From NCBI GenBank assembly GCA_910588825.1, contig CAJURF010000009.1, positions 7,553-71,552 of the forward strand: DNA of 64,000 bases. Direction: 5' to 3'. Below the pieces are notes generated by a model. The model was not told where the DNA came from. It was given only the letters and a program-made list of their open reading frames with translations, and ran no database searches. The position numbers were made by a program, and so were the translations under genes. The number at the start of each line of letters is the position of its first letter. Position 1 is the first letter of the stretch. Origin of the DNA: an uncultured Lachnospiraceae bacterium (GTDB lineage: Bacteria; Bacillota; Clostridia; Lachnospirales; Lachnospiraceae). Below are positions 36,563 to 46,173 of this stretch, in pieces.

Positions 36563-37867
36563 ATGAAAAGGAACTTTATAAAAGTTTCGGCTGTTTTGCT
36601 TGTGGGGGCTGCGGTTTATGCCACTGCCGCCTGTGCCAAAGAGGAGGCTCTGGATACGAATCTAATCCACAAAGACCAAGGGGTGGAAAAAGTTGTCAAT
36701 CTGTTTACGCCTGTGGAAAAGTCCAATCCCAATGCGGGAAATGTGGCCAGGACTGCACAGGAAATATCCATTATGGAGGCAGAGGAGAAGCTGAATCTGC
36801 GGGTGGAATACCGGTCGTATACAGCAGAAGATTACAAAGAGAAAACCTATGATGATGTGGCTCTCGACCGTGTGCGCAGCAACATGGATGACGTATATCT
36901 GCTCAACCCTGATACCATTCAGGTGCTGGGGGCTGAAGGCCAGCTGGCAGACCTGTCCGGCCTTGATAACGTGAAAAATCTGCGGGAAGTTGTGAAAGCC
37001 GCCAACATGGTGAATGGAAAACTTGTGGCCATTCCCCAGGAGGTGGTGTCTTATGGTTTGTTTGTAAATCAGGATATGTTCGACGACTATGATTTGGAAC
37101 TGCCTCAGACGCCGGATGATCTGCTGGAATGCTGCAGAGTTTTTAAAAAAAACGGGATTGAGACGCCTATTGGGGCTAACCGCTGGTGGCTGGAAAACTT
37201 TGTTCTGGCTCAGGCATATGCGGATTTGTACAATGGGGATACCACAGATGAGGAGATTGCGGCCTTAAACAGCGGCGAGGCAAAATATAGTGACTATATG
37301 CGTGCCGGGTTTGAATATCTGCAGGAGCTGATTGACCTGGAATATATTGATGCCGAGACTGCTTATACGTATGAGGCAATTGAAGGGGAGGGGCCGGATT
37401 TCCTGGCTCAGAAGACGCCCATTGTGATGGCTTACTGGGCGGCGGCCAATGCGGACACCGCTTATGGAGATGTTGATTTTAATCTGCAGGTAATCGGATT
37501 TCCCACAAAACTGGGTCAGATGCCTGTAGTATCAATGAACGGGTATGGTGTGGGGGTAAAGGCAGAACATCTGGAAGATGCCATGGATATGATGAATGTT
37601 TTGATGTCTGATCAAACCCTTCAGACCTATGCGGATACCAATCAGGTGATCTCTCCCTCAAAAAATGTGGAAGTAGATTGCAGGGATGCGTTAAAACCAC
37701 TGAATGCTAAAATCAATGAAGGCGTTTATGTACTTGGTTCTAATGCAAATATGAAATTAGAGCAGTGGGGCAACACCTGTCTGATAGTGAGGAGCCTTCT
37801 GAAAGGTGCATCGGTAGATGAATGTATGGCAGAATTCGATAAACTGCAGGCAGAGACCCTGCAATAA
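36563..37867 (+). CDS. ABC transporter extracellular solute-binding lipoprotein (family 1-like)
   Basis: Lipoprotein signal LLVGAAVYATAACAK. About 430-aa periplasmic binding protein architecture. Immediately follows the hybrid kinase. Confidence 0.75.
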   Translation: MKRNFIKVSAVLLVGAAVYATAACAKEEALDTNLIHKDQGVEKVVNLFTPVEKSNPNAGNVARTAQEISIMEAEEKLNLRVEYRSYTAEDYKEKTYDDVALDRVRSNMDDVYLLNPDTIQVLGAEGQLADLSGLDNVKNLREVVKAANMVNGKLVAIPQEVVSYGLFVNQDMFDDYDLELPQTPDDLLECCRVFKKNGIETPIGANRWWLENFVLAQAYADLYNGDTTDEEIAALNSGEAKYSDYMRAGFEYLQELIDLEYIDAETAYTYEAIEGEGPDFLAQKTPIVMAYWAAANADTAYGDVDFNLQVIGFPTKLGQMPVVSMNGYGVGVKAEHLEDAMDMMNVLMSDQTLQTYADTNQVISPSKNVEVDCRDALKPLNAKINEGVYVLGSNANMKLEQWGNTCLIVRSLLKGASVDECMAEFDKLQAETLQ

Positions 37868-37871
37868 AGAC

Positions 37872-37908
37872 AAAAAGACGGCAGAGATGTATCTGCCGTC
37901 TTTATTTA
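37872..37908. terminator. Bidirectional rho-independent terminator (SBP gene / MCP gene convergent)
   Basis: agacggcaga-gatgta-tctgccgtct, a 10-bp stem, T-rich on both strands. Confidence 0.6.
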
Positions 37909-37911
37909 ACG

Positions 37912-38862
37912 TTAACGTTCGTTTTTTATGTAATCTTTTACAATAGGCGGAATCTGGGATAACATATTGTCTATGTCTTCGTACATGGTGCTTTTGGTGG
38001 TTCCCAGCCTGCCAGCCTGGTTGATATGCCCCATAACCTCCTGGTACTGTTCTTTCATTTTATCAAAAAATCTATATAATAGCTGCAGATCATCCTGGGA
38101 GTTGCCAATGACCTTGACAATTTCAGAGTGTACTGTGTCCGCGCCTTCTGCAGACCGTATAATCTCATCGAACTTTTGATAGGTTTCGTCCACATTATCC
38201 AGACTGTCTTCCAGAGCCTGCTGGGATGTGGCAATACTGCTGTTCAGATGGTCGGTTCCCTGCTCCACATCCTGGATGCCGGAGTCGACTTCACCGGTGA
38301 GGCTTTTGATCTCATCCGCCAGTTTTTTTACTTCAACAGCCACCACAGCGAATCCTTTCCCCTGTTCGCCTGCCCGTGCCGCCTCGATGGAGGCATTAAG
38401 CGCCAGAATATTGGTCTGCTCGGCGATGGAAACGATTTTATTGGTACACTGTTTGATTTTTTCCACTGCCTTCTGTAAATCTGCGAATGTGTTTTCCATT
38501 TCGCTGAAATAGGTTTTCACCTGCAGGGAACTTTCTTTCAGCTCCTCCACACCACTCTGCGCGTGTGACACAGACTGGGAAATGGTTTCTTTTACTGTTC
38601 CGAATTCGCTGGACACCTGCTCGATGGTGGAAAAATTATGGCCAAAATCCTGCAGTTTTTCCTGAAAATCTTCTGAGTCTGCCAACACGGTATTAAAAGA
38701 ATTGCCTATGTTGTTTAGTTCCCCTAACGTGTCCACTTCTTTTTGTACCATCTCTGTGTGGTAGTCTTTTAAACTGCCCATTACATGCAGTACAGGATTC
38801 AGACTTTTTTCATTCTCCGGTGAATCTTTCTTGTCTCTCTTGTGGTTTTTCCAAAACGGCAT
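37912..38862 (-). CDS. Methyl-accepting chemotaxis protein, soluble (no TM)
   Basis: MCP signalling domain [41 protein letters not shown]. Confidence 0.85.
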   Translation of the reverse strand: MPFWKNHKRDKKDSPENEKSLNPVLHVMGSLKDYHTEMVQKEVDTLGELNNIGNSFNTVLADSEDFQEKLQDFGHNFSTIEQVSSEFGTVKETISQSVSHAQSGVEELKESSLQVKTYFSEMENTFADLQKAVEKIKQCTNKIVSIAEQTNILALNASIEAARAGEQGKGFAVVAVEVKKLADEIKSLTGEVDSGIQDVEQGTDHLNSSIATSQQALEDSLDNVDETYQKFDEIIRSAEGADTVHSEIVKVIGNSQDDLQLLYRFFDKMKEQYQEVMGHINQAGRLGTTKSTMYEDIDNMLSQIPPIVKDYIKNER

Positions 38863-38873
38863 GATTTCCCCCT

Positions 38874-39929
38874 TTATTCAAATACCACACAGGTCATGGA
38901 CTGGTTTACAAAACGATTGTTGTAGTGTTCTCCATAGCCCACTAAGCCTGCATGACTGCCTAATGTACCCATCTCCGCCAGATATTCTTCCATGTAGTGA
39001 TTCTGATTAAACAGCAGATATCTGAACAGGCAGTTTACGGAAAATACAGCAGAGATTTTCGGAAAGTCCTGATGAATGGTGTGTATGGTATCTTTGACGA
39101 TCGCCTTGTAATCCCCCAGTTCCAGCAGAATCAGCACATCGGAATCGTTCACCTGGCGGAAACATGCCAGTGCGTCGCCGCTCACTTCTTTGATGGATAT
39201 GATACAGACATCGTCCCCGTTGAGCTTTCCAAAAGGATTTTTAAAGGTCTGTGTTGTGATATCCCCCTCTGACACATGGAGAATATCCTGATAGACCTGT
39301 TTGGCCGGCCTGCCGTTTAAAGCGCCGATGATATATCTGGATTTATCTGTTCTGGAAGCGATAAAGCGGTGGTTTTCCAACTGATGATAAATATTCTCTT
39401 TGTAAGCTTTTACTCTGCCTGTTTCATTTTTTACCACAGCATATGCCACTGCGCGTTCATAGACTTTTCCGTTGGCGGATACTTTGCCGCCGTCGCCGGT
39501 TCCTCCCACCAGAGAAATTCTTTTGTGTTTTAAGACCGTATAAATGGTGGTCAGCACACAGGCGTCATTTTCAGAGCAGAAATCAATGCAAATGGTGTCA
39601 TTTTGTGACCCCCCTACATGTTTCACGTCCTGTTCCAGCCGTTCTATGTATTTTACAGGCATTACGGTTACTTCTTCCAATACATTGGCTGCGGCGCGTA
39701 CGCCGTTTGAAAATGCAATCACGCCCACCCCTTTTTCCACGATTCTGGTGTCGTAGCACATTCCAATACATCCAATACTGGGAACACCCGGATAAAGTTC
39801 TTCTAATTCTTTTACATGGGATTCAAACTGCTGGCTGTTGGACATCAGCATAATCAGCTGCGGCCTGTTTAAACCACGGACCGCTTCTCTTAAATCTCCG
39901 CGCTGGCTCATTCCAAAAAACTGTTTCAT
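38874..39929 (-). CDS. FIST domain sensor protein (FIST-N/FIST-C)
   Basis: About 350-aa soluble protein. Stop lies 12 nt upstream of the MCP start. SD GAGGAGGAG before ATG 39929. Architecture typical of FIST proteins paired with MCPs. Confidence 0.6.
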   Translation of the reverse strand: MKQFFGMSQRGDLREAVRGLNRPQLIMLMSNSQQFESHVKELEELYPGVPSIGCIGMCYDTRIVEKGVGVIAFSNGVRAAANVLEEVTVMPVKYIERLEQDVKHVGGSQNDTICIDFCSENDACVLTTIYTVLKHKRISLVGGTGDGGKVSANGKVYERAVAYAVVKNETGRVKAYKENIYHQLENHRFIASRTDKSRYIIGALNGRPAKQVYQDILHVSEGDITTQTFKNPFGKLNGDDVCIISIKEVSGDALACFRQVNDSDVLILLELGDYKAIVKDTIHTIHQDFPKISAVFSVNCLFRYLLFNQNHYMEEYLAEMGTLGSHAGLVGYGEHYNNRFVNQSMTCVVFE

Positions 39930-40231
39930 TGAGACAGCTCCTCCTCTCTTTTCTGCTCGGAGTGCTCTTGAATAAAAGTATTTCAAGCAGCACAGAATCA
40001 AATGTGAATAATAAAAACATTATATAGTATTTTGGGGGGAGGCGTCAATGATATTTTCCGTTTTGGACAGTAAACACACTATTTTATGGCTTCTCAATTA
40101 AGGATAATTATGCTATCATAATTGCTAGATGATCTATGATTTGGATTGATAATATTGACATAGTTCCATGCACTTGCCGGTGATGACAGGAAAAGCTGCT
40201 TTTTGGTGCAGGGCATGGGGGAGGAGAAGGA

Positions 40232-43200
40232 ATGTATCATTGCCATATTTGTTTCTATTTAGCGGGTCATTCATGCATGGCATTTGAAATATTGAAAGAG
40301 ATGCCCCTGATGGAACGCTTTACATATGAATTCAAAGAGAGTGAGAAGCCGGACCGCACGCTGGCGGCCAAGGCGGATATGATTTGGGTGAATCTGCAGG
40401 GAGTGGATGCCAAGGAGATGCTGCGTACACTGGTTTTGGATAGACGCAGAGAAAGTGAGATCATCCTGCTGGCAGACAGAGAGCAGATTCTCCAGTTGGA
40501 GGATGAGCTGGAAGATGTGAAGGATATCTGGACACTGCCCATGTCAGAAAAGGAAATCAGATTCCGGCTTTTGAGATGGAGGCAGGCGTATAAGAAAGAA
40601 AAGGATGCGTGGCTGGCGGAGCAGTACTTGGATTCCACCATCAATAACAGCCCCAATCTGATCTGGTATAAAGATAAGGACGGCGTACACGAGAAAGTCA
40701 ATGACAGTTTCTGTGAAACTGTCAATAAGACGAAGCAGCAGGTGGAGGGGCAGCGCCATGCTTATATCTGGGACGTGGAAGAAGATGACCCAGCCTGTAT
40801 AGAGTCAGAGCGCATTGTTATGAGCAGCAGGGAAACCTGTGTGTCTGAGGAAGTGGTGAAGACGGGGGAAGGCACGAGACTGCTCACCACTTATAAATCT
40901 CCGTTGTATGATCTGGATGGAAGTGTGATGGGAACTGTGGGGGTTGCCGTTGATGTGACCCAGGAGCGCGCCTATGAGAGGGAAATTATTCAGAAGAATC
41001 ATACCCTGGAAACGATTTTTACCACAATGGACTGCGGTGTGATGAGCCATTCCCTGGACGGGAAGCAGATTCTCAGTGTCAACAGGGCGGCGCTTAATAT
41101 ACTGGGATATGAGTCTCTGGAGGAATTGGCGGCAATCGGCTTTGATATGGTGGCGGAATCTGTTGTGGACGAAGACAAGGAAGAACTTCGCAGACAGATC
41201 AAAGGACTGAAAGAGGAAGGCGACAGTGTCAGTGTGGAATACCGGGTATGCCATAAAAGCGGGAAGATCCTTCATGTAATGGGAAATGTGAAGCTGGTGG
41301 AAGAAGACGGGGTGCTGTTCTACCAGAGGTTCCTTTTGGACTGTACGGCTCAGAAGCTGCAGGAAAAAGAGAACGAAAGACGCCACATGGAAATGATTCA
41401 GGCTCTGAGCAGCGAGTATAGTCTTGTCTGCTTTGTGGATCTGTGGACCGGCAGGGGGATGGCGGTCCGGGAAGATGAAAGCGGTGTGTTTGGTTCTATA
41501 TTTGAAGGCGAGATTTCTCTGGAAGAGAGTATGGGACTTTACATCGACAAATTTGTCTACAGTGACGATAAGGAGATGCTCCGCCAGGAATGGTCTGCCG
41601 CATGGATTAAAAAAGAGCTGGCAGAGAAGCCTCTGTATTCAGTGAATTACCGGATTGTCCAGGATGGAGAAATCAAATATTATCAGGTGAAGGCAGCGCG
41701 GGCCGGGCTCTGGGGGGATAACAATGGTATTGTTATGGGATTCCGCAGTGTGGATGAGGAAATGCGCAAGGAAATAGAGCAGAAAAATCTTCTGCAGGAT
41801 GCTCTTTTGCAGGCAAATCGGGCAAATAAGGCCAAGAGCACGTTTCTGTCCAATATGTCCCATGATATCCGGACGCCCATGAATGCCATTGTGGGATTCA
41901 CAGCGCTGGCTACCACCCACATTGATCAGAAGGATCAGGTGAAAGAGTACCTGAAGAAGATTATGACGTCAGGAAATCACCTGCTGAGTCTGATTAATGA
42001 TGTTCTGGATATGAGCCGGATTGAAAGCGGCAAGATACACCTGGAAGAGAAGCCGTGCTGTCTGCCGGATATACTCCATGGACTGCGTAACATTGTGCAG
42101 GCGGATATTCATGCAAAACAGCTGGAATTGTATATTGATACAGTGGATGTGCTGGATGAGGAGATCTACTGCGATAAACTGCGGCTGAACCAGGTGCTGC
42201 TGAATCTCCTCAGCAATGCCGTGAAATATACAGGTGCCGGAGGCATTATCAGCGTGCGGATTGCACAGCGGGCCGGGGCACCTTCCGGTTATGCAAAATA
42301 TGAGTTTCATATCAAAGATACAGGTATCGGTATGAGCGAAGAATTTGTATCTCATATTTTTGAACCTTTTGAGAGGGAGAATAACACCACAATCAGTGGA
42401 ATCCAGGGAACCGGCCTTGGCATGGCGATTACAAAAAATATTGTGGATATGATGAACGGCACCATAGAGGTGAAAAGCGAACAGGGGGTGGGGACAGAAT
42501 TCACTGTTTCCTTTATATTCCGTCTGAACTTGGATGCAAAGGAACCCCATGATATTCCTGAGCTGAAAAACTGCAGGGCTCTGGTGGTGGATGATGATTT
42601 TAATACCTGTGATACCGTATCTTATATGCTTCAGCAGATTGGGATGCGGGCGGAATGGACATTATCCGGAAAAGAAGCCGTGCTGCGCACCCGCCAGGCT
42701 GCCATGCGGGGGGATGATTACTGTGTATATATTATTGACTGGATGCTTCCGGACATGAATGGAGTGGAAGTCACCCGCCAGGTGCGCAAAGAAATGGGCG
42801 GGGATGTGCCGATTATCGTTCTGACTGCGTATGACTGGTCGGATATTGAAGAGGAGGCGAAGGAAGCCGGTGTCACGGCATTTTGCAGCAAGCCCCTGTT
42901 TATGTCGGAGCTGAGGAGCTGTCTGTATGCCATCGTGAACACAGACGCGGAAGAAGAAAGGAATGTGAAGAACAGTCCCCCCAAGATACAGACCGGGCGG
43001 ATCCTGCTGGCTGAAGATAATGAATTGAATCAGGAAATCGCTGTGGAAATTCTGGGGGATGCAGGTTTTACCACAGAGGTTGCCGAAAATGGCCAGGCGG
43101 CAGTGGATATGCTTAGCCAATCTCAGCCTAGTTACTACCAGCTGATTCTGATGGATGTTCAGATGCCTGTGATGAACGGCTATGAGGCTGTCAGAGTGAT

Positions 43201-43369
43201 CCGCAATCTGGAAAATAAGGAACTGGCCTCCATACCCATTCTGGCAATGACTGCCAACGCCTTTGAAGAAGATAAACAAAAGGCGATTAACTGCGGGATG
43301 AATGGGCATATTGCCAAGCCCATTGATATTGATAATTTAATTGCCACTTTAAATGAAGTACTGGCTTGA
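40232..43369 (+). CDS. Cytoplasmic hybrid sensor histidine kinase/response regulator with PAS domains and two receivers
   Basis: No TM. PAS-like segments (about 620-1300 nt into the gene). H-box SHDIRTPMNAI, GTGLGMAI, REC domains LVVDDDFN... and LLAEDNELN...LMDVQMPVMNG. Confidence 0.85.
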   Translation: MYHCHICFYLAGHSCMAFEILKEMPLMERFTYEFKESEKPDRTLAAKADMIWVNLQGVDAKEMLRTLVLDRRRESEIILLADREQILQLEDELEDVKDIWTLPMSEKEIRFRLLRWRQAYKKEKDAWLAEQYLDSTINNSPNLIWYKDKDGVHEKVNDSFCETVNKTKQQVEGQRHAYIWDVEEDDPACIESERIVMSSRETCVSEEVVKTGEGTRLLTTYKSPLYDLDGSVMGTVGVAVDVTQERAYEREIIQKNHTLETIFTTMDCGVMSHSLDGKQILSVNRAALNILGYESLEELAAIGFDMVAESVVDEDKEELRRQIKGLKEEGDSVSVEYRVCHKSGKILHVMGNVKLVEEDGVLFYQRFLLDCTAQKLQEKENERRHMEMIQALSSEYSLVCFVDLWTGRGMAVREDESGVFGSIFEGEISLEESMGLYIDKFVYSDDKEMLRQEWSAAWIKKELAEKPLYSVNYRIVQDGEIKYYQVKAARAGLWGDNNGIVMGFRSVDEEMRKEIEQKNLLQDALLQANRANKAKSTFLSNMSHDIRTPMNAIVGFTALATTHIDQKDQVKEYLKKIMTSGNHLLSLINDVLDMSRIESGKIHLEEKPCCLPDILHGLRNIVQADIHAKQLELYIDTVDVLDEEIYCDKLRLNQVLLNLLSNAVKYTGAGGIISVRIAQRAGAPSGYAKYEFHIKDTGIGMSEEFVSHIFEPFERENNTTISGIQGTGLGMAITKNIVDMMNGTIEVKSEQGVGTEFTVSFIFRLNLDAKEPHDIPELKNCRALVVDDDFNTCDTVSYMLQQIGMRAEWTLSGKEAVLRTRQAAMRGDDYCVYIIDWMLPDMNGVEVTRQVRKEMGGDVPIIVLTAYDWSDIEEEAKEAGVTAFCSKPLFMSELRSCLYAIVNTDAEEERNVKNSPPKIQTGRILLAEDNELNQEIAVEILGDAGFTTEVAENGQAAVDMLSQSQPSYYQLILMDVQMPVMNGYEAVRVIRNLENKELASIPILAMTANAFEEDKQKAINCGMNGHIAKPIDIDNLIATLNEVLA

Positions 43370-43375
43370 GAGAAA

Positions 43376-43417
43376 GAACAGATGTGTCTGTAAAACGGCG
43401 TATCTGTTCTTTTTTCT
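43376..43417 (+). terminator. Rho-independent terminator after hybrid kinase
   Basis: agaacagat-(17-nt loop)-atctgttct followed by TTTTTT. Confidence 0.6.
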
Positions 43418-43418
43418 G

Positions 43419-43471
43419 TTGACAATAACAAACATATGTTCTATAATAACGAAAAAAAGAACGTGTGTTTG
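43419..43471 (+). promoter_or_regulatory. Consensus sigma-A promoter (TTGACA-17-TATAAT) with two LexA/Cheo-box-like sites
   Basis: TTGACA at 43419-43424 and TATAAT at 43442-43447. Box 1 aAACATATGTTC (43430-43441) lies in the spacer. Box 2 GAACGTGTGTTT (43459-43470) lies just downstream of the -10 element. Confidence 0.55.
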
Positions 43472-43484
43472 GAGCTGGGCGCCT

Positions 43485-44783
43485 ATGATAATACAGGAAC
43501 AGATGTCACTGGAAGAAAAACTGCATATTTTATCGGATGCCGCCAAGTACGATGTGGCGTGCACCTCCAGCGGAAATGAGAGGAAAGGGAACGGACGGGG
43601 GATGGGAAACTGCATATCTGCGGGAATCTGCCACAGTTTTTCCGCAGACGGAAGGTGTATTACCCTGTTGAAGATTCTTTTTACCAATGAGTGCGTGTTT
43701 GACTGCAGGTATTGTATCAACCGCAATTCCAACGATGTGCCCAGGGCGTCCTTTACGCCTGAGGAGGTGTGCCGTCTGACCATTGAATTCTACCGGAGGA
43801 ATTATATAGAGGGACTGTTTCTCAGTTCCGGCGTTCTTCACAGCCCGGACTATACTATGAATCTGCTGTGTGAGACTGTGTACCGTCTGCGCAGACAGTA
43901 TTCTTTCCAGGGATATATTCATCTGAAGACAATTCCCGGGGCATCCCCCCATCTGGTGGAGCAGGCGGGCTATCTGGCAGACAGAATGAGTGTGAATCTG
44001 GAATTTCCCACTGCGGAGGGGCTGAAGCGTCTGGCTCCTCATAAAAGCCGCAGGACAATTCTGGAACCTATGCGGAGAATTCAGCTGAAATCCGGGGAGA
44101 ATAAGCAGGAGCTGCTGGCCTGCCCCCATACGCCCCGGTTTGTGCCGGCAGGGCAGAGCACCCAGATGATTATCGGCGCGTCGGGAGAGAGTGACTACCA
44201 GATTGTGTCAGTAGCGGAGGCTCTGTATAAAAAGTTTTCACTGAAAAGAGTTTTTTATTCCGCTTTTGTGCAGGTGAACCGGGACCTGGAGCTTCCCGCT
44301 GCTGGGGGTGAACCGCCTTTTCTGCGGGAACACCGGCTGTACCAGGCAGACTGGCTGCTGCGCTTCTATGGATTCACCGCGGATGAGCTGCTGAGCCCTG
44401 AGAGGCCGAATTTTAATACCAGTCTGGACCCTAAGTGTGACTGGGCTCTGGGGCATCTGGAGCAATTTCCTGTGGAGGTAAACCGGGCAGATTACTATAC
44501 CCTTCTTCGGGTGCCCGGAATCGGGAATAAGTCGGCCAGAAAGATTATGGGCGCCAGGAGATACGGGAATCTGGACTTTCAGGATTTGAAGAAAATGGGA
44601 GTAGTGCTGAAACGTGCGGTATATTTTATCACCTGCGGCGGCAGAATGATGTTCTCATTTAAAATGGAAGAGAAGACGATTTTAGAAAAACTGACGGAAT
44701 TTTCCGGAAATGGGGCTGTGCCTTCCGGGAAGCCGTACCGTCAGCTGTCGTTGTTTGCGGATATGGGATTGGAACATGAATGA
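43485..44783 (+). CDS. Putative DNA modification/repair radical SAM protein (TIGR03916-like)
   Basis: CxxxCxxC radical-SAM motif CVFDCRYC near the N-terminus. Conserved C-terminal helix-hairpin-helix-like region (LLRVPGIGNKSARKI). Confidence 0.75.
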   Translation: MIIQEQMSLEEKLHILSDAAKYDVACTSSGNERKGNGRGMGNCISAGICHSFSADGRCITLLKILFTNECVFDCRYCINRNSNDVPRASFTPEEVCRLTIEFYRRNYIEGLFLSSGVLHSPDYTMNLLCETVYRLRRQYSFQGYIHLKTIPGASPHLVEQAGYLADRMSVNLEFPTAEGLKRLAPHKSRRTILEPMRRIQLKSGENKQELLACPHTPRFVPAGQSTQMIIGASGESDYQIVSVAEALYKKFSLKRVFYSAFVQVNRDLELPAAGGEPPFLREHRLYQADWLLRFYGFTADELLSPERPNFNTSLDPKCDWALGHLEQFPVEVNRADYYTLLRVPGIGNKSARKIMGARRYGNLDFQDLKKMGVVLKRAVYFITCGGRMMFSFKMEEKTILEKLTEFSGNGAVPSGKPYRQLSLFADMGLEHE

Positions 44784-45576
44784 AGCACGGGTCTGGGAGG
44801 AAGATATGGGAGAAAAGTATGTGCTGGTATGTGAGGACAGTATAGACGGTATTTTCACAGGAGTATATGATGGATGGAAACTGGGAAACTGTGGGACACG
44901 GTTGGAATTGTGTGTGGAGATGAGCGGTCAGGCAGAGCTTTTCAGCCAGTATATGGTCATAGAGGCGGACCGGGAGAAAGCCGCGAAAGTGGCCGGGACC
45001 ATTCAGAAAAGACTGGGGCAGGAGGTATATGAACAGCTGTGTTATGCTGCGTGTTCCACTGATGAACAAAAAGGCACCTGTATTTACTATGCGCTGAGAG
45101 AGGGGCTTTCAGGGGGAAATGCCAATCCCAGAGTGCTGGAGAATCTCAGGAATCCGTATATTTTGAAGATTTCCCGTATACAGCTGGCTGTGTGGCACGA
45201 GATGCATCGTTTCCTGGGCTTTGTGCGTTTCAGGGAGCTTTCAAATGGAGTCCTGTTCTCTGTCATCTGTCCGGATTATGCAGTGCTGCCTTTGATTGCG
45301 CCCCATTTTGCCGACCGTCTGCCAGGGGAGAACTGGGTAATTTACGATGAGAAGCGGCGGGATGCGCTGGTTCATCCGGCTGGAGGTGAATGGTATATCC
45401 GCCGCCAGGTGGAGGTGGAACCGTGTCAGGGTGAGAAGGTCCGGGGAGAGGAGCAGTATGAGGGATTGTGGAAAGAGTTCTGCGGAAGCATCACTGTGCA
45501 GGAACGCAGGAATCAGAGACGGCAGAGCCAGAATCTTCCGATAAAATACCGAAAACATCTGACTGAGTTTTGTTAA
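44776..45576 (+). CDS. Uracil-DNA-glycosylase-superfamily-like probable DNA metabolism protein (TIGR03915/DUF4130-like) partner of the radical SAM protein
   Basis: Start overlaps the radical SAM stop (ATGAATGA). N-terminus VLVCEDSIDGIFTGVYDGW is typical of the family. The two genes form a conserved pair. Confidence 0.6.
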   Translation: MNEARVWEEDMGEKYVLVCEDSIDGIFTGVYDGWKLGNCGTRLELCVEMSGQAELFSQYMVIEADREKAAKVAGTIQKRLGQEVYEQLCYAACSTDEQKGTCIYYALREGLSGGNANPRVLENLRNPYILKISRIQLAVWHEMHRFLGFVRFRELSNGVLFSVICPDYAVLPLIAPHFADRLPGENWVIYDEKRRDALVHPAGGEWYIRRQVEVEPCQGEKVRGEEQYEGLWKEFCGSITVQERRNQRRQSQNLPIKYRKHLTEFC

Positions 45577-45589
45577 AAATCACTATTGA

Positions 45590-45618
45590 CAAAAATTCCC
45601 CTGAATGACATAATAGGT
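45590..45618 (+). promoter_or_regulatory. Sigma-A type promoter (TTGACA-17-CATAAT) upstream of HPr-like gene
   Basis: TTGACA at 45590-45595, 17-nt spacer, CATAAT. Confidence 0.45.
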
Positions 45619-45729
45619 CAAACCCAAAAGTACTCTGCTGTGATAAAGTGCAGAGCGGTGCCGGTGCAGGATTATTTTGCTGTTTTGTACCGGGCAGTCA
45701 CTTATTTCAATCATGAGGAGGAAGTTGTT

Positions 45730-45966
45730 ATGGAGATGAAACTTAAATTAAACGGTATCAAAGATGTGACGGAATTGGTGGCCGCGGCAGGAAAATGCGA
45801 TTTTGACATTGATATTTTTTATAACCGTGTCATTATTGACGCAAAGTCTGTTCTCGGTATTTTGAGCATGGACTTAAACAAAGTATTGACGATTAGATGC
45901 TATGGTGAGGATGAGGATTTCAAGAAAGTTCTGCAGAAGTTTGCCGTAGAGGAAGCAGCAGCCTGA
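45730..45966 (+). CDS. HPr-family (Crh-like) phosphocarrier-domain protein lacking His15
   Basis: 78 aa. AKSVLGILSMDLNKVLTIRCYGEDE aligns to the HPr [26 protein letters not shown] region, retaining the Ser46 equivalent. The His15 position reads NGIKDV. SD GAGGAGGAAG. Confidence 0.55.
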   Translation: MEMKLKLNGIKDVTELVAAAGKCDFDIDIFYNRVIIDAKSVLGILSMDLNKVLTIRCYGEDEDFKKVLQKFAVEEAAA

Positions 45967-46173
45967 TTGTGAATACAGTTGGATTTATACCATATAGAAG
46001 GCCTGTCCCGTTTGTTCGTCATGGTGTTCCGGAGATTTGTCTGCAGTCATTGCGCAGGCAGCTTTGGAGCGCTGTGTGGAGAAAGGGGATGGGCGTTTTT
46101 CGTCGTATAGGAATTATACCGCTGGCAGCGACCCGCCGCAGGCGGAGAATCCTGCTTTGTATGATTCTATTTT

